From positions 2,656,001 through 2,720,000 of the forward strand of contig OZ250173.1 of assembly GCA_965238075.1 (NCBI GenBank): a stretch of DNA of 64,000 nucleotides. The letters are read 5' to 3'. A model generated the notes under the pieces. It saw only the letters and a list, made by a program, of their open reading frames with translations. It was not told the DNA's origin and ran no database searches. Shown here piece after piece: positions 26,873-36,216 of this stretch; the stretch's first letter is position 1, and every line of letters begins with the position of its first letter. The DNA comes from Candidatus Entotheonellaceae bacterium (GTDB taxonomy: Bacteria > Tectomicrobia > Entotheonellia > Entotheonellales > Entotheonellaceae). The position numbers were made by a program, and so were the translations under genes.

Positions 26873-28507
26873 CTAAGTCGTATAATCCGTAAAACGCAGC
26901 GTCGTGGCGCGCGCCCGGAAGTCCGTCTTGACGTTCACGATGGCGGGCTTGCCGGAAGCATAGGCGCGTTCCAGAGCCGGGCGAATGTCGCCGGGCTTTT
27001 CCACGTACTCGCCGTGCCCGCCAAAGGCGTCCATCATCTTCTCGTAGCGCTGGTATCCCAGCGTCCGACCCACCTTGTTGCCTTCCGGATCGGCCGTCCA
27101 GCCACCGTTCAGGCTGATCACCGTGACGATGGGAATGTTGTGCCGCACGGCCGTATCCATCTCCATGGCGTTCATGCCGAACGAGCCGTCGCCGTGCAGA
27201 ACCATGACCTGCTTATCCGGTTGTCCCACCTTGGCGCCAACACCGAACGGCACGCCGACCCCCATGGTGCCGAAAGAGCCGGAATTGAGCCGGTGCCCCG
27301 GTCGGTACGTCGGGATGGACTGGCGGCCGTAGTTGAGAATCTCCTGGCCATCGACCACCAGAATGGCATCGCGATCCAGAAAATCCTTGACTTCCTTGCA
27401 CAGCCGCAGCGGGTGGATCGGCACCTCGTCGGAGTGCATCAGCGGCTCCAGGCGCGCTTGCCCCTTGAGATCCTGCTCGCGCAATGCGGCGATCCAGGCC
27501 GTCTCCTTCTGCGGTTCGAACTTGCCCTGAACCAGATCCAGCATCTGCTGCAAAACGGCCTTGGCGTCGCCGGCGATGCCTACGTCAACCGGCCGATTGC
27601 GGCCAATTTCGGTCGGATCGATATTCACCTGAATGGTCTTGGCGTCGGCATTAAAGCGCGGCGCCTGGCCGTGCGAGATCACGTAGTTGAAACGGGTGGC
27701 GAGAAAGAGAATGACGTCGGCCTCGCGGAAGGCCAGCGAACGGGCGCTGAGAAAACAGCGCGGGTGGTCTTCGGGCACCACGCCGCGGCCCTGCGGGGTG
27801 GTGAAGAACGGGATGCCGGTCTCGTCGACGAACTGCTGCATCTCGGCGGCAGCGTCGGCCCAGATGATGCCGGTGCCGCTGACGATCAGCGGCCGCTCCG
27901 CCCGCGACAGCATGTTGACGGCCTCAGCCACCTGACCGGCGTCACCCATGCTGCGGTGGTGCGTCTTGGCGGGCGCCGGCCACACCACGTCGTCTTCATC
28001 GACGCGGCTGTAAAGAACGTCGCCGGGGAGATCGAGGTACGACGGCCCCATCCGGCCGTTCATGGCCTGGCGATAGGCGATGTTGATGTATTCAGGCAAG
28101 CGCCTTGGGCTGATAGCCTGCCCGGCCCACTTGCTCGCCGGACGCATCATGCTGAGCTGATCGACTTCCTGAAACGTCTCGCTGTGAAAGTGGTGGATGG
28201 GGCTGGCGCCGCCGAGCGCGACCACCGGTGCGGCGTCGGTGAGGGCGTGCGCCAGGCCGGTCAGCAGGTTGGTGGCGGCGGGGCCAGAAGCGGTGGAGCA
28301 TACCCCGGCTTTGCCGGTGACGCGCGCATAGGCGTTGGCCATCATCGCCGCGGCCTGCTCGTGGCGCACGTCGATCACCTTCATACCAAGCTGGCGGCAG
28401 CTGTCCTGGGCGCCCAGCATCGGGCCACCCATGATGAAAAACATCGTGTCGGCGCCTTCGTTCTGCAGGGCACGAGCGACGAGTTCGTATCCGTATACCT
28501 CTCCCAT
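26873..28507 (-). CDS. TPP-dependent enzyme, 2-hydroxyacyl-CoA lyase / oxalyl-CoA decarboxylase-like
   Basis: DVRHEQAAAMMA, FQEVDQ, GSFGTMGVG, GDGSFG..AME. Confidence 0.8.
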   Translation of the reverse strand: MGEVYGYELVARALQNEGADTMFFIMGGPMLGAQDSCRQLGMKVIDVRHEQAAAMMANAYARVTGKAGVCSTASGPAATNLLTGLAHALTDAAPVVALGGASPIHHFHSETFQEVDQLSMMRPASKWAGQAISPRRLPEYINIAYRQAMNGRMGPSYLDLPGDVLYSRVDEDDVVWPAPAKTHHRSMGDAGQVAEAVNMLSRAERPLIVSGTGIIWADAAAEMQQFVDETGIPFFTTPQGRGVVPEDHPRCFLSARSLAFREADVILFLATRFNYVISHGQAPRFNADAKTIQVNIDPTEIGRNRPVDVGIAGDAKAVLQQMLDLVQGKFEPQKETAWIAALREQDLKGQARLEPLMHSDEVPIHPLRLCKEVKDFLDRDAILVVDGQEILNYGRQSIPTYRPGHRLNSGSFGTMGVGVPFGVGAKVGQPDKQVMVLHGDGSFGMNAMEMDTAVRHNIPIVTVISLNGGWTADPEGNKVGRTLGYQRYEKMMDAFGGHGEYVEKPGDIRPALERAYASGKPAIVNVKTDFRARATTLRFTDYTT

Positions 28508-28699
28508 GTAACGCTCCTTGATGCGTAGTGATTGGGCTGGTTTGCCGTGTGACGTGTGATGGTACGTGGCGGAAACCGATGAGAACCCAGCGCCGGAACA
28601 GTGCCGGGGAAGTGCTCAAGCGGCGTCTATCATAGGGCCAGCCAGCGGCCAAAGGCAAGCGGGGAACCGTCCTTCGGCGGTCTTGTCCCGACCGTGGCT

Positions 28700-30091
28700 T
28701 CAGATGTGAATGGCTTCATCGTAAGCGTCGCCGACCGCCTCCATAATGGCTTCGGACAGGGTGGGGTGGGCGTGCACGGTTTTGAGAACTTCGTAGTGGG
28801 TCGTTTCGAGCGTGCGGGCGATGCCGACCTCGGCGATCAGGTCGGTGGCCTCCGAGCCGATGATGTGCGTGCCCAGGAGCTCATCCGTGTCGGCGTCGAA
28901 GATGACCTTCACCATGCCCTCGCTGTCGCCGACCGCCAGGGCCTTGCCGCTGGCTGAGAAGGGGAAACGGCCGACGCGGATATTGCGGCCGGCTTCGCGG
29001 GCGGCGTGTTCGGTGAGGCCGACGCTGGCGACCTGCGGATGGCAGTAGGTACAGCCGGGAATGTTGTCGTAGTTGACGTCGGGGTGGTCCAGGCCGGCGA
29101 TCGTTTCAACCGCGGCGATGCCTTCCGCCGACGCCACGTGCGCCAGGCACGGCTGGCCGTTGAGGTCGCCGATCGCGTAAATGCCCGGCACGTTGGTGCG
29201 ACAGTGCGTGTCCACCGGCACAAAGCCCCGTTCGCTATGCACGCCGGCGTCGTCGAGCCCGAGGGTTTCGACGTTGCCCTGCACGCCGATGGCGACCAGC
29301 ACCTTATCGGTTCGAACGGTCTGCGCGCCCTGCGGTGTGCCGACTTGCAACAGCAAGCCGTCGTCAGCTTTCTCCATGCCGTCCACCCGGCTTTCCACGA
29401 GGATGTCGATCCCCTGCTGGGTAAGTGATTTGTGCAGCGCGGCGCTGATTTCGTGGTCCTCCACCGGTAGCACCTGCGGCAGCATCTCGATGAGTGTCAC
29501 GTGGCTGCCGAAAGTGTTGTAGAGGTAGGCGAATTCGACGCCGACCGCGCCGGCGCCAATGATCGCCAAAGACCCCGGCACTTCCTGGAGCAGCATGGCC
29601 TCGGTGCTGCTGAGAACCTGTGTGCCATCGAACGGCAGGCCCGGCAGCTCGCGCGGTCGCGCGCCGGCAGCGAGGATGATGTTCGGGGCGTTCAGCGTGG
29701 CGGTGACGTTGCCCTGTTCGTCGTGCACCGAAACCGCGCCCGCTCCGGCCAGGTGGCCCGTGCCCTGTACCACCTGCACCTTGTTCTTGCGCATCAGAAA
29801 TGCCACCCCTTGCACCAACCGGTCGGCCACCTGACGGCTGCGGGCGATGACCTGCGGAAAATCGAACCGCAGGTTGTCGCAGTGCACGCCAAACTCGGCG
29901 CCCTTCCGCATCAGGTGATAAATTTCGGCATTGCGCAGCAGGGCCTTGGTCGGGATGCAGCCCCAGTTCAGGCAGATGCCGCCCAGGGCCGCCCGCTCCA
30001 CCAGCGCCACCTGCATGCCAAGCTGCGCGGCTCGAATCGCTGCCACGTATCCACCCGGTCCACCCCCGACGATGATGAGATCTTCCGCCAC
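28700..30091 (-). CDS. lpdA: Dihydrolipoyl dehydrogenase
   Basis: GGGPGG, GGICLNWGCIPTK redox disulfide, HAHPTLSE. GTG start at 30091. Confidence 0.96.
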   Translation of the reverse strand: MAEDLIIVGGGPGGYVAAIRAAQLGMQVALVERAALGGICLNWGCIPTKALLRNAEIYHLMRKGAEFGVHCDNLRFDFPQVIARSRQVADRLVQGVAFLMRKNKVQVVQGTGHLAGAGAVSVHDEQGNVTATLNAPNIILAAGARPRELPGLPFDGTQVLSSTEAMLLQEVPGSLAIIGAGAVGVEFAYLYNTFGSHVTLIEMLPQVLPVEDHEISAALHKSLTQQGIDILVESRVDGMEKADDGLLLQVGTPQGAQTVRTDKVLVAIGVQGNVETLGLDDAGVHSERGFVPVDTHCRTNVPGIYAIGDLNGQPCLAHVASAEGIAAVETIAGLDHPDVNYDNIPGCTYCHPQVASVGLTEHAAREAGRNIRVGRFPFSASGKALAVGDSEGMVKVIFDADTDELLGTHIIGSEATDLIAEVGIARTLETTHYEVLKTVHAHPTLSEAIMEAVGDAYDEAIHI

Positions 30092-30278
30092 GTGTTCCCC
30101 TTTGCGGGCCGTTGTCCGGCCACGGTTCTGACAGGTCTGAAATGCATCCATCCAAGGCCGTGAACATACGTTGCTGCAAGCGAAAAAGTCAACAGAACCG
30201 GCGCGTTGCGACGCCACCCCCCGTGTGCTACCGTTGCCGCCTGTTCCCAGTGGCCGCGAATGTGATGAAGGAGGGGTT

Positions 30279-31724
30279 ATGACGCAGACGCTTGCCCGAC
30301 CGGCGGATTTCTTTGACCAGCAATACGGCATGAACACGACCAGCCTGCAGCGCGTCCTGGACCGCACGCTCAGCCCGCAGATCGACTATGCCGACCTTTA
30401 TTTTCAGTACGAAGTCAGCGACGCTGTATCCCTGGAAGAAGGCGAAGTGAAGCAGGGCTCGAAGCAGATCAACCAGGGCGTCGGCATCCGGGCGCTGGCG
30501 GGTGAGAAGACGGGCTACGCGTTTTCGGACGAGATCACCGTGCCCAGCCTGGAAGCGGCGGCTCGCACGGCGCGGGAAATCGCCCAGAGCGCTTCGCAGT
30601 CGGCCAGCGTGGCCGTCCAGGGTGCGCAGGCACCGGCGCATGACCTGTACGCCGTGCAGGTTGCTGGCACCGACATTCCAGTGCAGCGCAAGCTCGATCT
30701 GTTGCAGCAAATTGACGCCTTCTGCCGCGCCTACGATCCCCGCATCACCAAGGTTCAGACCTCCTTCAGCAGCGTTCACAAACTCGTCTTGATCGCCACC
30801 TCCGAGGGCAAGGTCGTCGGCGACGTGCAACCCCTGCTGCGCCTCAACGTGACGTGTATCGCCGAAGCCGACGGCAATCGCCAGAACGGCAGCGCCGGCG
30901 GCGGCGGCCGGGTCTCGTTCGAGACGTTCATCAAGGAGGAGCAATACCTCGATTTGGCGCGTGAGGCCGCACGCCGGGCGGTGCTCAACTTGGACGCCAT
31001 CGATGCCCCGGCCGGCACGATGGACGTGGTGCTCGGCCCCGGCTGGCCGGGTATTTTGCTGCACGAGGCGATCGGCCACGGGCTGGAGGGCGACTTCAAC
31101 CGCAAGGGTACGTCGGCGTTCAGCGGCCGCATCGGCGAGCGCATCGCGTCGGAGGCGTGCACGGTGGTCGATGATGGCACCATTCCATGGCGGCGCGGTT
31201 CCCTCAACGTGGACGACGAGGGCACGCCGACGTCGCGCACTGTGTTGGTGGAAAACGGCATCCTCTGCGGCTACCTGCAGGATCGCCTGAACGCCCGCTT
31301 GATGGGCATGGCGCCCACCGGCAACGGCCGCCGGCAGAGCTACGCCCACATGCCGATGCCGCGCATGACCAACACCTTCATGCTCAATGGCGAATCGACG
31401 CCCGAGGAAATCATCAGCTCGGTCGCGTCGGGCCTCTACGCGGTGTCGTTTGGCGGTGGGCAGGTGGACATTACCAACGGCAAGTTCGTCTTTTCGGCCA
31501 ATGAAGCCTATCTGATCGAGGACGGCAAGGTGACGCGGCCGGTCAAGGGTGCCAGCCTGATCGGCAACGGGCCGGACGTCTTGACCCGCATCAACATGGT
31601 CGGCAACGACTTCGCGCTCGATACCGGCGTCGGCACCTGCGGCAAGAACGGCCAGGCAGTGCCGGTGGGCGTGGGCATGCCGACGATTCGCATGAACGCG
31701 GTTACGGTCGGCGGTACGCAATAG
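30279..31724 (+). CDS. tldD: Metalloprotease TldD
   Basis: LLHEAIGHGLEGD, CGKNGQ..PVGVGMPT. Confidence 0.96.
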   Translation: MTQTLARPADFFDQQYGMNTTSLQRVLDRTLSPQIDYADLYFQYEVSDAVSLEEGEVKQGSKQINQGVGIRALAGEKTGYAFSDEITVPSLEAAARTAREIAQSASQSASVAVQGAQAPAHDLYAVQVAGTDIPVQRKLDLLQQIDAFCRAYDPRITKVQTSFSSVHKLVLIATSEGKVVGDVQPLLRLNVTCIAEADGNRQNGSAGGGGRVSFETFIKEEQYLDLAREAARRAVLNLDAIDAPAGTMDVVLGPGWPGILLHEAIGHGLEGDFNRKGTSAFSGRIGERIASEACTVVDDGTIPWRRGSLNVDDEGTPTSRTVLVENGILCGYLQDRLNARLMGMAPTGNGRRQSYAHMPMPRMTNTFMLNGESTPEEIISSVASGLYAVSFGGGQVDITNGKFVFSANEAYLIEDGKVTRPVKGASLIGNGPDVLTRINMVGNDFALDTGVGTCGKNGQAVPVGVGMPTIRMNAVTVGGTQ

Positions 31725-31761
31725 GACAGGGCGTTGGCGATTCACGACGGGAGAAACAGGG

Positions 31762-33108
31762 ATGACGATTGAGCCTCAGGTGGTGCAGGACCTGCTGCAA
31801 ACGGCGCGCGCACGCGGCGCCACCGGCGGCGATGCGCTGCTGGTGGACAGCACGTCTTTCGAGGCGCAGGTGCGGTTGGGAGACGTCGAGACGGTACAGA
31901 ATTCGCACCAGAAGCGCCTGGGCCTGCGGCTGTTCTTCGGACAGCGCTCGGCCACCACGTCAACCTCGGATTTCTCACCGGCGTCGTTGCGGCAACTGCT
32001 CGATGACACCTGTGCGCTGGCGCAGGCGATAGCCGACGACGAGCACGCCGGTCTGCCGGAGCCCGACGAGGTTGCGACCACGGTGCCGGACCTGGGGTTG
32101 TGCGACGACAGCCTGCAACAATTGCCCCCGGCTGAGCGCATTGCCATGGCGCGAGACGCGGAACGGGCCGCCCTGGACTACGACAGCCGCATCACGAATT
32201 CGGAAGGTGGCTCGTACGACAGTTCGCAAGGCGACGTAACGTACGTCAACAGCCACGGCTTTGTCGGGCACTACCGCGCCAGTCTGGCTAGTCTGTCGGT
32301 CGCCTCGATTGCATCCGACGCGGGCGGCATGCAGAGCGGTTCGTGGTTCACCGCCGGGCGCCGGATGGACAGCCTGCAAGCGCCGGAAGCGCTGGGTCGG
32401 GAGGCTGCACGACGCACCCTGCGGCAACTGGGCGCCCGCCGTGTGCCGACGCAAAAGGTGCCGGTGGTTTTCGATGCCACCGTCGCTGCCGGCTTGCTGA
32501 ATCACCTGTTCTCGGCAGTTTCCGGCTCCGCTGTATACCGCGCGGCGTCGTTCCTCACGGATTGCATCGGACAGAAAATTGCTCCCGAAACGGTCACCGT
32601 GTACGACGACGGCACACTGCCCGGCGCGCCGGGCTCGAAGCCGTTCGATGGCGAGGGGCTGCCGACCCGCCGCACCACCGTGGTGGAGCAGGGCGTCCTG
32701 CTTGCCTATCTGCTCGATACGTACACGGGCCGCAAGCTGGGCATGCGCTCGACAGGCAACGCGGCACGCTCGGCAGGGGAGGCGCCGATCGTGAGCCCGA
32801 CGAATTTTTTCATGGTGCCGGGCACGGCGACGCCCGAAGAGATCATCGCCTCGGTACCGAGCGGCCTGTACGTGACCGGTCTGATTGGCTTTGGCGTCAA
32901 TCCCGTCACCGGCGATTATTCGCGCGGCGCTTCCGGGTTGTGGATCGAGGGGGGTGAGCTGACCTATGCGGTCGAGGAGATCACGATCGCGGGCAACTTG
33001 CGCCAGATGCTGGCTGACATCGAGATGATCGGCAATGATTTGGACAGGCGCCGCCGGGTGATGGCCCCAACGCTGAAGATCCGCGAGATGACCATCGCCG
33101 GCAGCTAG
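31762..33108 (+). CDS. pmbA: TldE/PmbA family protein
   Basis: PFDGEG, GVNPVTGDYSRGA, no HExxH; adjacent to tldD. Confidence 0.93.
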   Translation: MTIEPQVVQDLLQTARARGATGGDALLVDSTSFEAQVRLGDVETVQNSHQKRLGLRLFFGQRSATTSTSDFSPASLRQLLDDTCALAQAIADDEHAGLPEPDEVATTVPDLGLCDDSLQQLPPAERIAMARDAERAALDYDSRITNSEGGSYDSSQGDVTYVNSHGFVGHYRASLASLSVASIASDAGGMQSGSWFTAGRRMDSLQAPEALGREAARRTLRQLGARRVPTQKVPVVFDATVAAGLLNHLFSAVSGSAVYRAASFLTDCIGQKIAPETVTVYDDGTLPGAPGSKPFDGEGLPTRRTTVVEQGVLLAYLLDTYTGRKLGMRSTGNAARSAGEAPIVSPTNFFMVPGTATPEEIIASVPSGLYVTGLIGFGVNPVTGDYSRGASGLWIEGGELTYAVEEITIAGNLRQMLADIEMIGNDLDRRRRVMAPTLKIREMTIAGS

Positions 33109-33130
33109 CGATGTCCCTTTCCCCTAAATT

Positions 33131-33265
33131 GTCATTCCGGGCTTGACCCGGAATCCAGCGGCCTTTGCTCCCAGAAAACCCCTGGGCTCCGGCTTTCGCC
33201 GGAGTGACGGCTGCGGGAGTCCTATTTTCATTGCTCTCATGTGGCCCGCAAGGCCATGGGGATCC
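33131..33265. repeat. Palindromic element pair plus a conserved terminal module shared with the 39.2-39.5 kb repeats
   Basis: GTCATTCCGGGCTTGACCCGGAATCCAG...CTGGGCTCCGGCTTTCGCCGGAGTGAC, then ATTTTCATTGCTCTCATGTGGCC..GGCCATGGGGATCC. Confidence 0.7.
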
Positions 33266-33270
33266 CTGCC

Positions 33271-34044
33271 TTATTCCGCCTCCCGCTTCACCGGATTACG
33301 CAGCACGCCGATCTGCGAAATTTCGATCTCCACCGTGTCGCCGTCTTCCATCGGTCCAACGCCCTCACAGGTGCCGGTAAAAATGGCGTCGCCGGGGTTC
33401 ATCGTGACCACTTGGCTGATGAAGCTGATCATGGTTGGCACGTCGAAAATCATCTGATCCGTCCCCGAATGCTGCTTGACCTCACCATTCAGGCGCGTTT
33501 CCAGCGTCAGCTTCGACGGGTCGGCGATGTCGGTCTCGATCCACGGCCCGATCGGGGAAAACGTGTCGCTCGACTTGCCGCGCCACCACTGCAAATCGCC
33601 GCGCTGCCAGCCGCGGGCGCTCACGTCGTTGCCGCAGGTGTAGCCCAGCACGTACTCAAGGGCGTTCTCCGGGGCGACGCGCTTGCACGTCTTGCCGATC
33701 ACCGTCACCAATTCGCCCTCAAAGTGGGTCATGCCGGCGCCGGGCGGGATGCAGATTGGGTCGCCCGGATTGCACAGTGACGAGGGCACCTTGTAGAAGG
33801 GCTCCGGCTGGGTGGGGGCTTGGCGGTTGCTGCCACTTTCCTGCACGTGCAGGGCGTAATTCAGGCCCAGGGCCAGCATCTTGCTGGGCGTGCAAGGCGT
33901 CAGGAGCTTGACGGTATTGAGCGGAAAGCTGTTGCCGGTCGGGATGCGGTCGCCGAAGAGGCCGCCTTCGATCTCCCTGATGTTCTCGCCTTCGGCAATG
34001 CCGTGGCGGGTCTGACCGCCGGTCTGGAAACGGACCAACTTCAT
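33271..34044 (-). CDS. Fumarylacetoacetate hydrolase family protein
   Basis: GLNY, HFEGEL, GNDVSAR, GDAIFTGT. Confidence 0.92.
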   Translation of the reverse strand: MKLVRFQTGGQTRHGIAEGENIREIEGGLFGDRIPTGNSFPLNTVKLLTPCTPSKMLALGLNYALHVQESGSNRQAPTQPEPFYKVPSSLCNPGDPICIPPGAGMTHFEGELVTVIGKTCKRVAPENALEYVLGYTCGNDVSARGWQRGDLQWWRGKSSDTFSPIGPWIETDIADPSKLTLETRLNGEVKQHSGTDQMIFDVPTMISFISQVVTMNPGDAIFTGTCEGVGPMEDGDTVEIEISQIGVLRNPVKREAE

Positions 34045-34284
34045 AACGTGTCTTCCTTCATTAGCGAGGAGTTGTGCCTTGGGAACGTTGCGGAGGCTAA
34101 TATAGTACAGGGCTTGGCGGCAGCAAAGGCATTTCTGGCGGATGATGTTTCGTGCCGCGGCGTCGCGCGCCGGGGCTCTTGCAAGCGGGAGCCTGATACG
34201 GCTACACTGTCCCGAAATTTTCCCGCAAAGTCTCGCGGCCCCGAAGTTCTCTTCACTTGTTCCCCAGGAGAATTCATCGCTATC

Positions 34285-35778
34285 ATGTCTGTCTCAGCAA
34301 GGATTTTGCGCGTGGCGCTCATGGTTGGCCTGTTCGCTTTCTGGACAGGGCACGCTTGGTGTCAGAACCTGGCGGTATTCCCGAAAGAAGACCTTCTCCT
34401 CATCGGCGGCGATTTCCGCCTCCGCAGCATCCACAGCAACATGGCCGCCGCGAATGACACGGGCGGCGGCGAGAGCGGCGGGTTTCCTGTCGCCGACAGC
34501 TCCACGAAATCCTTCTTCGATACCCGCCTGCGCTTGTACTGGGATTTTCGGCCCAGCGAGTTGATGCGCGTTCATTACCGCATGGAAATCGGGGATGTCC
34601 GCTTTGGGGGTTGTGAAAGTAGCGACATAGATTGCGAAACAGGTAGTGACGTCAGCGGCAATCTGGTGCCGGTGATCGGGCCGGGCGCCGGCGGTGGCGT
34701 CGGGGCCGATGGGGTGAATGTCGAGACCAAAAACATCTTCATGGAAATGACGCTACCCTTTATCCGCGGTCTGAGCTTTCGAGGCGGCATCTTCGGCTAC
34801 GGCGACCGCTACGACTTCAACATCCTGGCCGATGACTTTGCCGGTTTGCAATTAAACTACCGGCGCAGGGACGTCTCGGCGCATCTCGTGTACCTGAAAT
34901 TCTTCGAGGGCGATACCCGGGACAACGCCGACGACAGTGACTGGGTCGGCATCGATACGGAATACAAGCTGACCGACTCGACGACGGTGGCGAGCTCCTT
35001 TCATTACTGGAGCGATCAGGGAAACAAGCGCAATCTGGAAGTCGATCCGTTCCAATACTGGATCGGTCTCGAAGTCACCAGTCGTGTCGGCCCGACGCTC
35101 CTCAACGGCTACGCGATCCTCAATCAGGGCGAGGGCTATTTCGGCCGCCGCAGCGGTAAAAACGGCGGCGTGAACGCCAGCGTGTCGGGCGACTATTTTT
35201 TGTCCTTCGGCACCCTCGGGCTGCAGGCGCAGTACATTACCGGCGAGGCGGGCAGCAAAGTCCAGCTCGAGAACGCCGGCGACGAGCGTAACGCGGACAT
35301 TGGGGCGTGGCTGAGCTACAAGAATCACATGTACCAAGGGCCGGGGATTATTTCGCGCGGGTCGATTGTCGATATCGGAGACGGCTTCAACAGCAAGTGG
35401 GGCACCGGAAACGGCTACTTCAACGGCGACTACAACGGGCGCCTGCTGCTCATCGCGCGGGGCGCATTCCCGGTTCTGCAAAAACGCTATCGGGACATGG
35501 TCACCTTGCACGTGGTGGGCGCTTATGACATGGCTGCCGCTGAGAACGCCAACGGCGACCGTGACCGCGGCATCGAGTTCGACGTCTGGGCGCACGTCAA
35601 CATCATGCCGAAACTGTGGCTGCGCCTCGGCGCGGCGTACTACATGACGGGCGATTGGTGGAAGAACAACACCGACGCCTCCTTTGACGGTTACGGCATG
35701 GAACTCGGGTCGCCGGTGGGTTCCGACCCCGACAACATCTGGCAATTTTCCGCACGGCTGCAATATGATTTCGGCTAA
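34285..35778 (+). CDS. Putative outer-membrane beta-barrel protein (porin-like), paralog 1
   Basis: Signal peptide, alternating beta strands, DTRLRL..EIGD..GADGVNVETKN, C-terminal LQYDFG. Confidence 0.75.
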   Translation: MSVSARILRVALMVGLFAFWTGHAWCQNLAVFPKEDLLLIGGDFRLRSIHSNMAAANDTGGGESGGFPVADSSTKSFFDTRLRLYWDFRPSELMRVHYRMEIGDVRFGGCESSDIDCETGSDVSGNLVPVIGPGAGGGVGADGVNVETKNIFMEMTLPFIRGLSFRGGIFGYGDRYDFNILADDFAGLQLNYRRRDVSAHLVYLKFFEGDTRDNADDSDWVGIDTEYKLTDSTTVASSFHYWSDQGNKRNLEVDPFQYWIGLEVTSRVGPTLLNGYAILNQGEGYFGRRSGKNGGVNASVSGDYFLSFGTLGLQAQYITGEAGSKVQLENAGDERNADIGAWLSYKNHMYQGPGIISRGSIVDIGDGFNSKWGTGNGYFNGDYNGRLLLIARGAFPVLQKRYRDMVTLHVVGAYDMAAAENANGDRDRGIEFDVWAHVNIMPKLWLRLGAAYYMTGDWWKNNTDASFDGYGMELGSPVGSDPDNIWQFSARLQYDFG

Positions 35779-35791
35779 TCCCACACGACGG

Positions 35792-36172
35792 ATGATGCGC
35801 TGCCGCGCGGCGGGGCTGGGGTGCCTCGTTTTCGCCGCCCTGGCGGCATACGGCCAGGATGGCGGCCACGGGTATCGGCTGCGCGTCGAGCCCGGCATGA
35901 TGACCATGCGGCATACCGAGCGCCCGCGCCTGACCGTGGCCGTCGAGGACGCCTCGGGTCAGCCAGTCGATGACGTGCGGGTCGACTTCACCGTCTCTGA
36001 GGGTGTTGTGACGCCCGACGGTTCCAGCCGCACCCAGGATGGACGGGTTACCGGAACGTTCACCCCGGCTTTCGGAGGCGACAACCCCCGCCGGGCTTTC
36101 GTGGTCGTGTCGGCCGCCGGCCATGAGGTCACTGTCTTCATTGATATCGTTCCGGCCGTCTACGGGCGTTGA
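35792..36172 (+). CDS. Small secreted Ig-like (Big_1-like) protein
   Basis: Signal peptide; LTVAVEDASGQPVDDVRVDFTV resembles the invasin/intimin Ig-like motif. Confidence 0.6.
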   Translation: MMRCRAAGLGCLVFAALAAYGQDGGHGYRLRVEPGMMTMRHTERPRLTVAVEDASGQPVDDVRVDFTVSEGVVTPDGSSRTQDGRVTGTFTPAFGGDNPRRAFVVVSAAGHEVTVFIDIVPAVYGR

Positions 36173-36216
36173 CAGCAAAGGTGTCCTTGCGCGTGTATCC
36201 AATCCAGTCTCGTGTC

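Noticed and set aside
30279-33108. TldD/TldE as part of a RiPP cluster
   Set aside because: No precursor peptide or YcaO/modification genes nearby; housekeeping context next to lpdA.
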